Source: Eledone cirrhosa
Taxonomy: Eukaryota
Assembly (NCBI GenBank): GCA_964016885.1
Contig: OZ024743.1
Span: 364,622,001 to 364,686,000 of the forward strand
Length of the DNA: 64,000 nucleotides
Direction: 5' to 3'
A model generated the notes under the pieces. The model made no database searches and had not been told where the DNA came from. It was given only the letters and a program-made list of their open reading frames with translations. Made by a program: the position numbers and the translations under genes. Positions 13,161 through 25,109 of the stretch are shown one piece after another. How positions within the stretch are numbered: position 1 is the first letter of the stretch; each line of letters starts with the position of its first letter.

Positions 13161-14202
13161 TTTTTGTTGAATATAGTCAATTCTATATTGTAAAAATAAC
13201 TTGGTCATCAGTAAATCTCTCTAGTTTGTGATGCACTAAAGTTACAAATGCTATATAAGCTGTAATGATTTATCAGAAAATATGTAAAAAAACAAGGTTT
13301 AATTCAAATATAGAATATTTACTAATGGTCAGATTGTGAACATTTGCAATATTAGAGTAAAGCCTTTGTTATTCTTTCTGATTTCTTTTTATAATTATCC
13401 CTTGTTACCATATTTTTAATGAAAGGCACTGTATGATTTTCAAATAATTTGAAAATCAATCATTTGGAGGGATTTATTAATATATGTTTAGTAATCAATC
13501 ATTTGGAGGGATTTAGTAATATATGTTTCATGAGGCTTGAGTTTGTAGCACAAATTAACTGTTAGCATCCTAAATATCTAAAAAATGAGCTAGTTAATTC
13601 AAATATTTATTGTATCTTTACTTGTGGAGAGGTTGTGAAAATTAGTGGTAAGCTAAAGACTTTAATGCGAGGCAGTTATAGTACTGTATTGTATTTTTCA
13701 AGAATGTCTTGCGAAAGGAGTTTGATACAGTAAATGAATTTACATATTGATTCAAATAAACTATTTAAAATTGAGAACCTATTTTTTTATGTAGCTTTGT
13801 TTGTAAACTATTGGCTATTGCCAAAATTTATATTTATATACTTTATTTTAAAAAGAATAAAATTTTGCATAGTGATATCAGTTTTTGTGCAAAATGGTTG
13901 GTATTTGGAAGGGCATCTAAGCCATAGAAACCATATCATGCATGTGATCAACTTCATTAAAATTAAATTTTGTCTTTTGAACTATAATTGGAGAACTTTG
14001 TAATCAGAAATGGTAAAATATTTGTCAACCTAGCTGGGAATCTAAAATGGGAATACAGTAGAACCTCACAGTACAAGTGCCGCATTGTACGAGTAATTTT
14101 ACTGTACGACCTGAGCTGGAACTGATTTATATTTTAATTAATTTCAATAGGGAAAATTTATTTTTAAATCGTAAAACGAGCTTGGCCAATGGAACAAGTT
14201 AA

Positions 14203-15670
14203 CCCTTTAGCATTCAAAGCGACAAAAACCGACAAGATTATGTCCCCTTTCATTTATTCAAACCGACAAAAACCGACATTTAATACCACACAGAGATTTC
14301 CTTCTAAAAATAAACATTGACATCATCGAAATCTCGTCAATTCGAGATTACTGCGAGATAAAGCCCTTACGCGCGAAAATTAACTCTTAGTATAGTTAAA
14401 GAACTTGCGATAACACGTGTTTTTAACGTTGAAAGTGTAACATGGCTTCCGAAAGTAGCGACAACGAATTTGAAGGTTTTACGTCGGACGACATTCGAGA
14501 TCAAAAAGAAACAGAAGATAATATCAGTGATTTATCTTCAAACGAATCAGATATATTTATTTCTGATATATCTGATAATGATGATAGTTACTTTGAAAGT
14601 GAAAGAGAAGATTTGACTGACACCATTGAAAAAATAGCAACGTGGTTGAAAGAAACAACATCGATACATGTTTCGGATTTTACTGAAAATATTGGACCAC
14701 AACACACATTACCACCCGATGCTAAAGCACTGGATTATTATTTTTTATTTTTACCACAATCTTTCTTCGAAGTTGTGGCAAATCGCTATGCACAACAACA
14801 AATTTCTAATATCGGAAAACCCGATCTGTTATGTTCTCCGACAGATTCTGCCGAAATGAAAGCGTTTTTTACCATAAATATTATGTTTGGTATTAAACAA
14901 TTTCCATGACTGTGGAATTATTGGAGTACTGATATAAGGTTTGGTGACCCTTATATATCTAGTATTATGGCAAAAACGAGATTCATTAAATTAAACCAGT
15001 ATTTGCATCTGGTTGATACTTCAAATGCCCCTGGTAGAAATGAATCAAATTACGACCCACTGTACAAAGTACGACCATTAATTGAAATATTGTCAGAAAA
15101 ATTTAAAAGTGTGTATAAACTTATATATCGGGAACTTTCTATTACGTAATTTTACACCGTACATTTACAGAGTACATTGCCAATATTATTTTGACCGGTG
15201 AAAAGGTTTTATACATTTTTTTCAATGAAAATATTTGCCTGGAATGTAGAGAAAGACTAAAACCGTGTACTGATTACACCTGCATTTTTAATTAATTCAC
15301 CTGTTCAGAAAACTGCTAGAATTGATGGAAATCAGCATCTAGGTCATTATTGGATTTTTTTGCAACAAATCTAACAGATAAGGCAGATAAAGTTTAAATT
15401 TTTGTGTTTATCCATAAAGTTATTACTTTTACACCTGTTAATTAATTTCACCTGCCCATAAAAGTCAAATTTAACAAAAAAATCAGGTAAAAATATATAA
15501 TTGTAAATTATAGTTATTTAAACATCTACTGACAAAATTTCAAGTCTGCACATAGAAAATTAAAGTAATTACAAACAAATAAAATTGATAACCCTCTTGA
15601 GTATAATTAAGTGAAAATAATGCGAATAGATGAACATGACATTTGACAATTCAATGTGAATGCTAAAGGG
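14203..15670 (+). mobile_element. Second copy of the young non-autonomous piggyBac element
   Basis: Nearly identical to 8757-10225 but with a CGA>TGA stop at 14907. TTAA TSD; empty site at 20806-20809. Confidence 0.92.
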
Positions 15671-15737
15671 TTAAACTCGTACTCCGAGGTATCACTATTG
15701 AAAAAAAAAAATGTAGTCTTATTTTGCTTATATGTAT

Positions 15738-15869
15738 GTGCATCCTTGTGTACGGCTGACCTCTACAAAATGGGTCATTCAGGAAGGGCCGGATGCTATA
15801 TAAATTAAATATTCTAAAATTTTTGTGATGGTTTATTTTTAAATCAGTCACTGAGATATTTATACATTT
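15738..15869 (+). ncRNA. Intronic box H/ACA snoRNA copy 5
   Basis: Same two-hairpin fold, box H ATATAA, terminal ACAttt. Confidence 0.75.
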
Positions 15870-16194
15870 TTTTTTTGTTGAATATAGTCAATTCTATATT
15901 GTGGAAACAACTTGGTCATCAGTAAATCTCTCTAGTTTGTGATGCACTAAAGTTACAAATGCTATATAAGCTGTAATGATTTATCAGAAAATATGTAAAA
16001 AAACAAGGTTTAATTCAAATATAGAATATTTACTAATGGTCAGATTGTGAACATTTGCAATATTAGAGTAAAGCCTTTGTTATTCTTTCTGATTTCTTTT
16101 TATAATTATCCCTTGTTACCATATTTTTAATGAAAGGCACTGTATGATTTTCAAATAATTTGAAAATCAATCATTTGGAGGGATTTATTAATAT

Positions 16195-19100
16195 CATCAT
16201 CATCATCATCATCACCGTTTTACGTCCGTTCTTCCACGCTAGCATGGGTTAGACGGGTTGTCCTGTTGTGGGCAGTGTCTGGTCGGCTGACCATGCCTTG
16301 CTCATACAGGAACTGATCTGGCTTGATTTCTACAGCTGGATGCCCTTCCTAACACCAACCTCATTTACAGTGAGTGCTGGGTGCTTTTTCGTGGCGCCTA
16401 CACGTCCACTTTACAGTGTGGGCTGGGTGCTTTTTTGCCGTGGCACCTCCACGACCACCTTGCGGTGGGGGGGGGGGGGGCATATTTATATGCTTCAGCA
16501 TGTACCCATGGGAGGTCGGGTACCCTGTATTACTGCGTGACGCCAGAAGTCACGGTCGTGTGTCATTGACTTTGAGAGGTGTAGTTGGGTAAGGTCGGCT
16601 TTTATCACCTCATCCCAAGTCATCTTGGGTCTCCCCACTCCGCGGTTTCCATCAACTTCTAGTGCTCTGCACCTTTTTATGCAGCTGTCATCCTTCATAC
16701 GCATCACATGTCCATACCAGCGTAACCGCCTCTCCTGCACGCAGCATTTGATTCCTCTTATGCTCAGTCTCTCTCTCAATTCCTTTATGCTTTGTCGTTC
16801 ACGTATATTACTGTTACACATCCATCGGAGCATGCAGGCTTCGTTTCTCTCTAATCTACGTAAGTCTTCCACCTTCACCGCCCAGGTCTCACTACCATGC
16901 AACATCGCTGTTCGGATACACGCATCATACAGTCTGCCTTTCATTCTGAGGGAGAAGCCTTTTGCAGCTAGCAGTGGTAGTAGTTCCCTAAACTTCTTCC
17001 ATCCCGTTCTTACCCTAGTTATTGTACTTTCTGAGCACCCACCTCCGCTGCTAATTCGGTCACCTAGGTAGCAGAAGCTGTCTACTGTTTCTACAGGGCC
17101 CTCCCAGAGATTGGTGGTACTTGTTTCCTGTGGCTGTTTGCTTGCTGTTTCAGCACAGCTGCTGCATGTGAATCCTACATTCTTAATTAAGCTTCCTGAG
17201 ATAACGCTACATCTCTTGTGTACCCATTGTTTGCATTTGGGGCAGAGAATGGAGTTCCTACCTACACCTTTCCTACATACTGAGCAAGGCCATTTCCCTG
17301 AGGGGATCTGGGTTCTGTTTTCTCGTCTACTTATAAGGACCTTAGTCTTTGTCATGTTGACTTTGAGGCCCTTTCTCTCTAGTCCCTGCTTCCAGGTTTG
17401 GAATTTATTCTCTAGTTCTACCATAGATTCAGCTATGAGTGCGAGGTCATGGGCATCCGGTCTTAAACTCCTCCGTTATTGCCTGCAGGACTATGATGAA
17501 CAGGAGAGGGCTAAGAACAGAGCCCTGGTGGACCCCAACCTGTACGCTAAATTCCTCGCTATACTCATTGCCAATCCTAACTTTGCTGACTGCTCCCCTA
17601 TACATGGCTTGTACCGCTTTCACAAGCCATTCATCTACTCCTAGTTTTCTAAGAGCCCACCAGATTACTGCACGTGGAACTCTGTCAAAGGCTTTCTCAA
17701 GGTCGACAAATGCCAAGTAGAGTGGCTTACTTTTAGCTAGGTACTTTTCCTGTAATTGCCTCACAAGGAAGAGGGCATCAGTGGTGCCTTTCCCTGGTAC
17801 AAACCCAAATTGCATCTCGTCTATATTCACCCGGTCCCTAATCAGCTGTGCTATAACTCTTTCTGTTACTTTCATGACCTGGTCCATCAACTTTATACCT
17901 CTATAGTTTCCTCTATCTAGTGCATCGCCTTTACCTTTGTAGCAGTTGACAATGATGCTACTGCACCAATCTTTTGGTATGGCCCCCTCTAGTATTACCT
18001 GGTTAACGATACGTGTGGTTATAGTGTGACCTACAGACCCAGATGCCTTCAGCATCTCGGCAGCTATACCCGATGGACCGGTTGCCTTCCCTATCTTCAT
18101 ATCTCTGATTGCCTTACTTACTACGCTGCCGCTGACTTGTACTGCTGGTCCCTCTATAGGGTCTACGTGGGGTAGGGTCTCTTCTTCCCATGCATTCTCC
18201 TCATTTAGTAATCTATCATAATGACTCTTCCATGCATCTTTCTTCTCAGCACTTGTGAGGGCAAGCTCACCTTTATCATTCCGGATACACTTCTCTCCAA
18301 TGACATCACAACTATCTCTGACACACTGCCTCGCAATCTTGAATACCTCCTGTTTCTGGTCCTCATGTTGTAAAACATGCTTGAATTTTCTATCCTCTGC
18401 TTCCCTCCTAGCTAAGTATACTTGTCGCCTAGCTTCCCTCTTGGTCTCTATGTAATGTACCCTGCTCCCCCCGTTCTTCCATTCTTTCCATGCCTGTCTC
18501 TTGGCCTTGACTGCTTCATCTACCTTATTGTTCCACCACCAAGTCACTCTCCTCCTGCTTGAGGTCTTACTCCAGCCACAAACCTCATCCGTCGCCTCTA
18601 GTAAGTTATTTTTTAGGAACTCCCAGTTCTCTTCTACGTTAAATGTCTCTATCTGTTCTTCTTTACTGTCGTAGGCGTTGAGTAAAATATCTTTACATCT
18701 GTTACTGGTTGAGGGGACTTTCAGCTTCCAGATCTTTCTTCTCCAGGTTGGCCTCTGTTTCAGGGCTCGTCTAGTTCTGACCGTGAGGTCGCTGACAACT
18801 AAGCTATGTTGGGATGTACATTCCTCACTAGGGAAGGCTTTTGTGTTTACGACCGTCCATCTGTCACGTCCTCTGATGAGGATAAAATCTAACTGACTAG
18901 AGTGCTCCCCTGATCTATAGGTGATCAGGTGGTTGTCGGGTTTTTTAAAGTTTGTGTTACATATCGACATGTCATTGGCGTCGCAGAATTCTAGAAGTCT
19001 GAATCCTTCCTCATTCCTTGTGCCAACTCCATGGCCTCCATGTACTCTATTGAAGCCGTCGCAGTGTTTACCTACGTGTCCGTTAAAATCTCCTGCAATG

Positions 19101-20087
19101 ATTAGGAAGTCCTTGTCGTCTGTTAGAGCAGTAGTGTGTATTAGGGACTCGTAAAACCTATCCTTAAGTTCGTCTGGCAGCCCCGATTGGGGTGCGTAAG
19201 CTGATATTATTGTGGTAATTGTCTTATTCAGGACTAGTCTGAGTTTAATGATTCTTGCATTTACCCTGTACACTGAGATTACTTTATCTACCCACTTGTC
19301 AGCTAATAGTATACCTACACCACCCATCCCATCGTCATTTCCCACCCAGAAAAATTTGTAGCACTGGCTTTTTCCTACAAGGACTCTAGCAGACCCTCCT
19401 CTCCATCTAGTCTCTTGCACACAGCATACATCAACTTCATTTCGCTCTAGCATTTCTACGATTTCTCCTGCTCTTCCTTTCATTGAGCCTACATTGATGG
19501 TACCAACTCGGAGTTTTGGGCATTTGTCGACACTCGTAGGGGAGGGTCTCTGGGTTGGCGCTTCACGTGGGTGCTTGGTAGCTCGCAGATTCATATTTCA
19601 TCTATTGATTCAGAGTTGCTCGTGTATTCCCAGCTCATCCATCCATAACGGTGGGAAAATTGAGGGCTAGAAGAACAGTGGTGGTGGGGTAATGGCAGGG
19701 TGTGTTGGGATGCGCCAGAGGAGGAGAGAGTTAGTTAGGCAGGTAGTAGCAGCAGCAGTGGAAATGGCATGCTAGGTTTGATTGGTCGAATAGACTATGG
19801 TGGTGTGTGGGGGTGGGGGGGAGGGAAATTGTGAGGTAGGAACTGAGGGTCGCATGGTAAATATCCAAGTTAATACTACATCAGTAAAATTAACAATAAT
19901 AACGTCATGAAAAAACTACTAAGAGAAACCCTCGAAAATTTATCGCTAATACAGCAGGGAAAATTTAACGCTAATACAGCAGGGAAAATTTATCGCTAAT
20001 ACAGCAGGGAAAATTTAACGCTAATACAGCAGGGAACATCATAATATTAACGACAATATGTAGGCTAAAATACCTTCGTAGATTAGG
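16195..20087 (-). mobile_element. Near full-length RTE-clade LINE (APE endonuclease + reverse transcriptase), frameshifted
   Basis: ORF 19594-17447 has APE motifs (GTINVGS, VQETRW, GDFNGH, QLDFIL) and RT motifs (YRGIKL, DLEKAFD, GVHQGSVLSP); it continues in 17424-16495. (GAT)n 3' tail; 7-bp TSD TTAATAT at 16188-16194 and 20088-20094. Confidence 0.95.
19934..20035. repeat. ~26-bp minisatellite x4 in the RTE 5' UTR
   Basis: Unit GAAAATTTA(T/A)CGCTAATACAGCAGG repeated four times. Confidence 0.9.
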
Positions 20088-20666
20088 TTAATATATGTTT
20101 AGTAATCAATCATTTGGAGGGATTTAGTAATATATGTTTCATGAGGCTTGAGTTTGTAGCACAAATTAACTGTTAACATTCTAAATATCTAAAAAATGAG
20201 CTAGTTAATTCAAATATTTATTGTATCTTTACTTGTGGAGAGGTTGTGAAAATTAGTGGTAAGCTAAAGACTTTAATGCGAGGCAGTTATAGTACTGTAT
20301 TGTATTTTTCAAGAATGTCTTGCGAAAGGAGTTTGATACAGTAAATGAATTTACATATTGATTCAAATAAACTATTTAAAATTGAGAACCTATTTTTTTA
20401 TGTAGCTTTGTTTGTAAACTATTGGCTATTGCCAAAATTTATATTTATATACTTTATTTTAAAAAGAATAAAATTTTGCATAGTGATATCAGTTTTTGTG
20501 CAAAATGGTTGGTATTTGGAAGGGCATCTAAGCCTTAGAAACCATATCATGCATGTGATCAACTTCATTAAAATTAAATTTTGTCTTTTGAACTATAATT
20601 GGAGAACTTTGTAATCAGAAATGGTAAAATATTTGTCAACCTAGCTGGGAATCTAAAATGGGAATA

Positions 20667-20832
20667 CAGTAGAACCTCACAGTACAAGTGCCGCATTGTA
20701 CGAGTAATTTTACTGTACGACCTGAGCTGGAACCGATTTATATTTTAATTAATTTCAATAGGGAAAATTTTTAAATCGTAAAACGAGCTTGGCCAATGGA
20801 ACAAGTTAAACTCGTACTCCGAGGTATCACTA
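20667..20832. mobile_element. Tc1/mariner-type MITE (second copy at 14057-15697 interrupted by piggyBac)
   Basis: TA-CAGTAGAACCTCACAGTAC...GTACTCCGAGGTATCACTA imperfect TIRs; absent from the 7410 copy of the unit. Confidence 0.6.
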
Positions 20833-20871
20833 TTGAAAAAAAAAATCTAGTCTTATTTTGCTTATATGTAT

Positions 20872-21003
20872 GTGCATCCTTGTGTACGGCTGACCTCTAC
20901 AAAATGGGTCATTCAGGAAGGGCCGGATGCTATATAAATTAAATATTCTAAAATTTTTGTGATGGTTTATTTTTAAATCAGTCACTGAGATATTTATACA
21001 TTT
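20872..21003 (+). ncRNA. Intronic box H/ACA snoRNA copy 6
   Basis: Identical-looking to copy 5; lies in the last intron before the final exon. Confidence 0.75.
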
Positions 21004-21186
21004 TTTTTTTTGTTGAATATAATCAATTCTATATTGTGGAAACAACTTGGTCATCAGTAAATCTCTCTAGTTTGTGATGCACTAAAGTTACAAATGCTAT
21101 ATTATTGATAATAGACCGGCATAGACTGATTTAATATAGTCAATTGAGAAATATTTTTATTTTATAATACCCATGGTCTTTTTCAG

Positions 21187-21280
21187 GCGTTTGGTACTAA
21201 CCACTTCAGGAGGGATCCTTGATCATGAAGAAGCAAGGAGAAGACATCTTGGAGGCAAAATTTTAGGATATTTCTTTTAA
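21187..21280 (+). CDS. RPS15A: 40S ribosomal protein S15a, final coding exon
   Basis: TTTCAG acceptor; encodes RLVLTTSGGILDHEEARRRHLGGKILGYFF then TAA. The four exons sum to 393 nt = 130 aa + stop, the canonical length. Confidence 0.96.
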
Positions 21281-21281
21281 C

Positions 21282-21287
21282 AATAAA
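21282..21287 (+). terminator. Polyadenylation signal of RPS15A
   Basis: AATAAA 1 nt after the stop codon, with T-rich sequence downstream. Confidence 0.7.
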
Positions 21288-22243
21288 TGTAATTCTCCAT
21301 GAATATTTTTTGGATTTGATTTTTTTCATCTATTGGAAAAAAAAAAGAAGATAATTTAGCTTAACCCTTTAGTGTAGTGTTGAAATCGCCCGTAATTATT
21401 TCCCCTTCATTTGTTCAAACACCCACACTAAAAAATCGTTATAAAAATAAACAAACCATCATCAAAATCTCGTCAATTCGAGACTGCTGCGAGATTAGGC
21501 CTTTACCGCGAAAATTAACACTTAATATAGTGGAACAACTTAAAACAAGTGCTTTTTTAACTTTGAAAGTGCAACAAATTTTTTTTTGTATCAACATGGC
21601 TTATGAAAGTAGCAATGCCGAGTTTGAAGTTTTTACACACGACGACATTCAGAATAAACAAGAAACAAACGATAATATTAGTGATTTTTCTTCAAATGAA
21701 TCTGATGTTTATATTTCTAAAATTTTGTTCAGCGGTGATTATTTTGAAAGTGAAAACGGAGACTCCAGAGCGCCATTGAAGATATTTCAGCAACATGGTT
21801 GAAAAATACCACACTAATATATGTTCCCGATTTTATTCAAATTACTGATCCACAACACATGTTAACTCCCGATGCTAAAGCACTGGATTATTTCTTTTTG
21901 TTTTTACCACAAACTCTTTTCGAAGTTGTAGCAGAAGAGATTAATCGATATGCCCAACAACAGATTTCAAATCAAGGAAAACCCAATCTGTTTGATGATG
22001 CTGCAGAAACGCGAGCATTTTTTTTACCATAAATATTATTATATTCGGTATAAAACAATTTCCAAGACTGTGGAATTACTGGAACTCTGATGATATAAGG
22101 TTTAGTGATTCTTATATATCAAGTATTATGCTGAAAACAACGTATTTAAAATTAAACCAGTATTTGCACCTGGTTGATACTTCATTAATTTCACCTGCCC
22201 ATAAAAGTCAAATTTGACTAAAAACATCAGGTAAAATTATATA

Positions 22244-22864
<621 letters not shown>

Positions 22865-22984
22865 TAATTGTAAATTATTGATATTTAAACATCTATTGAC
22901 AAAATTTGAAGTCTCCACATAGAAAATTAAGAAAATTACAAACAAATAAAATTGATAACCCTCTTGAGTATGATTAACTGAAAA

Positions 22985-23207
22985 TAATTGTTTCTACATT
23001 TAGCACAAGGCCAGCAATTACCCAGTGCATTATTTATTTTATCGACCCCCGTAAGGATGAAAGGCAAAGTTAACCTCAATGATTAACTGAAAATAATTGT
23101 TTCTACTTTTGGCACAAGGCCAGCAATTATCCAATGCATTACTGGTACTTTTTTCTATCGACCCCGGAAGGATGAAAGGCAAAGTTAACCTCGGCGAGAT
23201 TTGAACC
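22985..23207 (-). mobile_element. Two tandem SINE 3' fragments
   Basis: Both are reverse complements of the SINE at 38044-38225. Confidence 0.7.
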
Positions 23208-23714
23208 TGAAAATAATGCGAACAGATAAGCATGACGTTTGAAAATTAATGTGAAGTGTAAAAAATTTTGGTAGATCTCAAAATTAAATTTTTTAAATAT
23301 TTTACATCGGCTTTTATGCTGGATTGCATTGTGCGAGACACTTTTTGGGGCAGTTTTTTATGGCCAACCCATACTAATTTTTAGAAGTATTTCCATACTG
23401 CTCGTCTTTGAACTGGTGCAAAAAAAAAAATGTAATGCTTTTAGATGTTGATATGATATATATATATATCACGATAAATTAACGGAGCCATAGACTCGTT
23501 ATTCCGTCAATAATGTGCTCAAAGGAAAAGGAATCCTGAGCTCTTTAAAATACAATATGTTGAAAAGGTAACACACTAGAGAGAGATAGTGTGCCATCAA
23601 TAAAATAGGGAAAACCACCAGTGTATAGAATCTATAATCTATGGAAGGCAGGGTAGATACACAATAATTAAAAATATAAATTAAAATGTATATACGCACC
23701 TCTATAACTATATA

Positions 23715-23793
23715 ACGCGTACAAATCCAAAGAGATCTGTTTCGCCAGGAAGTTGTTGACTGAAATGGAATAGCCTATGGTTCATCAGCGCGT
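23715..23793 (-). ncRNA. Type I hammerhead ribozyme motif
   Basis: Minus strand: ACGCG-CUGAUGA-ACCAUAGG...CCUGGC-GAAAC-AGAUCU-CUUU-GGAUUU-GUA|CGCGU. Stem I perfect, stem III long; the first stem II pair is an A-C mismatch. Confidence 0.8.
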
Positions 23794-23853
23794 GCAAGAC
23801 TATACATTCCAGACAACAAGAGAATCGAAAGCGACTGTCCAGCTATATATATA

Positions 23854-24600
23854 CTAGCAGCAGTACCCAACGTTGCCTGGGTAGGTAAAATAATATCTGC
23901 TTTGATGAAAAGGTGTTGATCTTAGCGACTGCGAGTTTCTTGGAAATCGGCCGTAAGGTGTAGCAAATGGCGAAATGTTGAGTGAAATCGTATGGAATAT
24001 GTTGGTGGAAAAAAATCGTATTTTGAAGAGTTAAACGGCTGCCACACCGTCCCTGAACAAAAAATGCAAAGTGTAAAGCTACTATAAGATGTGCAATGAT
24101 AGGCAATCGTAGTATAAAAGTTGAACCAAAGAAATTGAGTTATGTGTGAGGTGGAGCCAAAGTTTCGAATTTGAACGAAATCGGTTGAAAAATGTGGGAG
24201 CTAGAGCCGAAAAAGTGGAAATTTGAGTTTAAAAGTGGTATTTTTGAATATTTATGCGGCTGCCACGCCGTCCCTGAACAACAAATGCAAAATATAAAGC
24301 CATTACAGGATGTGCAATGATAAATTCTATTTTGCTTTAAAATTTGAACGAAATCGGTGGCAAAATGTGGGAGCTAGAGCCCAAAATCTTATTTTTCGAT
24401 ATCTAAAAAAAGTGACCCCCCCCCCCCCCCCCCCATTCGATTTTTATCTGCAGAATGACCGGAATAAAAAAAACGATACGCTGATATATAGAAAACACTC
24501 CCCGATGACTAATCTATAAGCCTGTAAAGTTTCATGAAAATCGGTTGTAAGATGTAGGCCCCTATAGGTAATACACACACACAAACTTAATTTTATATAT
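23854..24600 (-). mobile_element. Non-autonomous Helitron-like element with internal ~215-bp duplication
   Basis: CTAG end at 23854-23857 with adjacent hairpin TACCCA..TGGGTA; TA-rich other end; 24038-24210 similar to 24257-24380. Confidence 0.65.
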
Positions 24601-24753
24601 ATACATACATGTTTATCAACATCATGTATACATATATATATATATAAATAAAATCATTAAGTGTGAGCTATTTGCACCACTAAGTAATCTGAATGTAAGC
24701 CGGATTAAGCACTGAATGCAGGCAGTAGCATTCCATAGATAGTATGAGTCCTT

Positions 24754-24925
24754 ATCATCATCATCATCATTTCATTTTACGTCCGCTTTTCCCTGCTTGC
24801 AAGGGTGGGACGGGAACTGATTCTAGCTTGATTTCTACAGCTGGATGCCCTTCCTAACACCAACCTCATTTACAGTGAGTGCTGGGTGCTTTTTCGCCGT
24901 GGCACCTACACGTCCACTTTGCAGT
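24754..24925 (-). mobile_element. 5'-truncated RTE 3' UTR fragment
   Basis: (CAT)n tail and strong similarity to 16195-16415. Confidence 0.85.
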
Positions 24926-24939
24926 CCCTATCATCTCAT

Positions 24940-25078
24940 TTCTACAGCTGAGTAAACTGGAGCAATGTGAAATAAAGTGTCTTGCTCAAGGAAACAACAC
25001 ACCACCCGGTCTGAGAATTGAACTCCCAACCTTTCGATTGCAAGGTCAATGCTCTAACCACTAAGCCATGTGCCTCCT
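24940..25078 (-). mobile_element. tRNA-derived SINE
   Basis: Minus strand shows a tRNA-like head (GGCTTAGTGGTTAGAGC...GAGTTCAATTCTC) and a core GTTTCCTTGAGCAAGACACTTTAT shared with 51035-51085. Confidence 0.7.
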
Positions 25079-25109
25079 TATATAGTTGGTTACCTACAGT
25101 TTAGATACA

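Larger units (their letters stand above)
12884..21100 (+). repeat. Tandem duplication of a ~1.23-kb snoRNA-containing unit (about 2.3 units), homologous to 6060-7440
   Basis: Long near-identical blocks: 6060-7100 vs 12884-13950; 13029-14200 vs 15738-16194 plus 20088-20810. Removing the insertions leaves snoRNA spacings of ~1237 and ~1234 bp. Confidence 0.9.

Noticed and set aside
16625-19154. Antisense ORFs over the RTE element (similar ones over the CR1 and Penelope ORFs)
   Set aside because: Shadow ORFs of real coding strands with no independent motifs.
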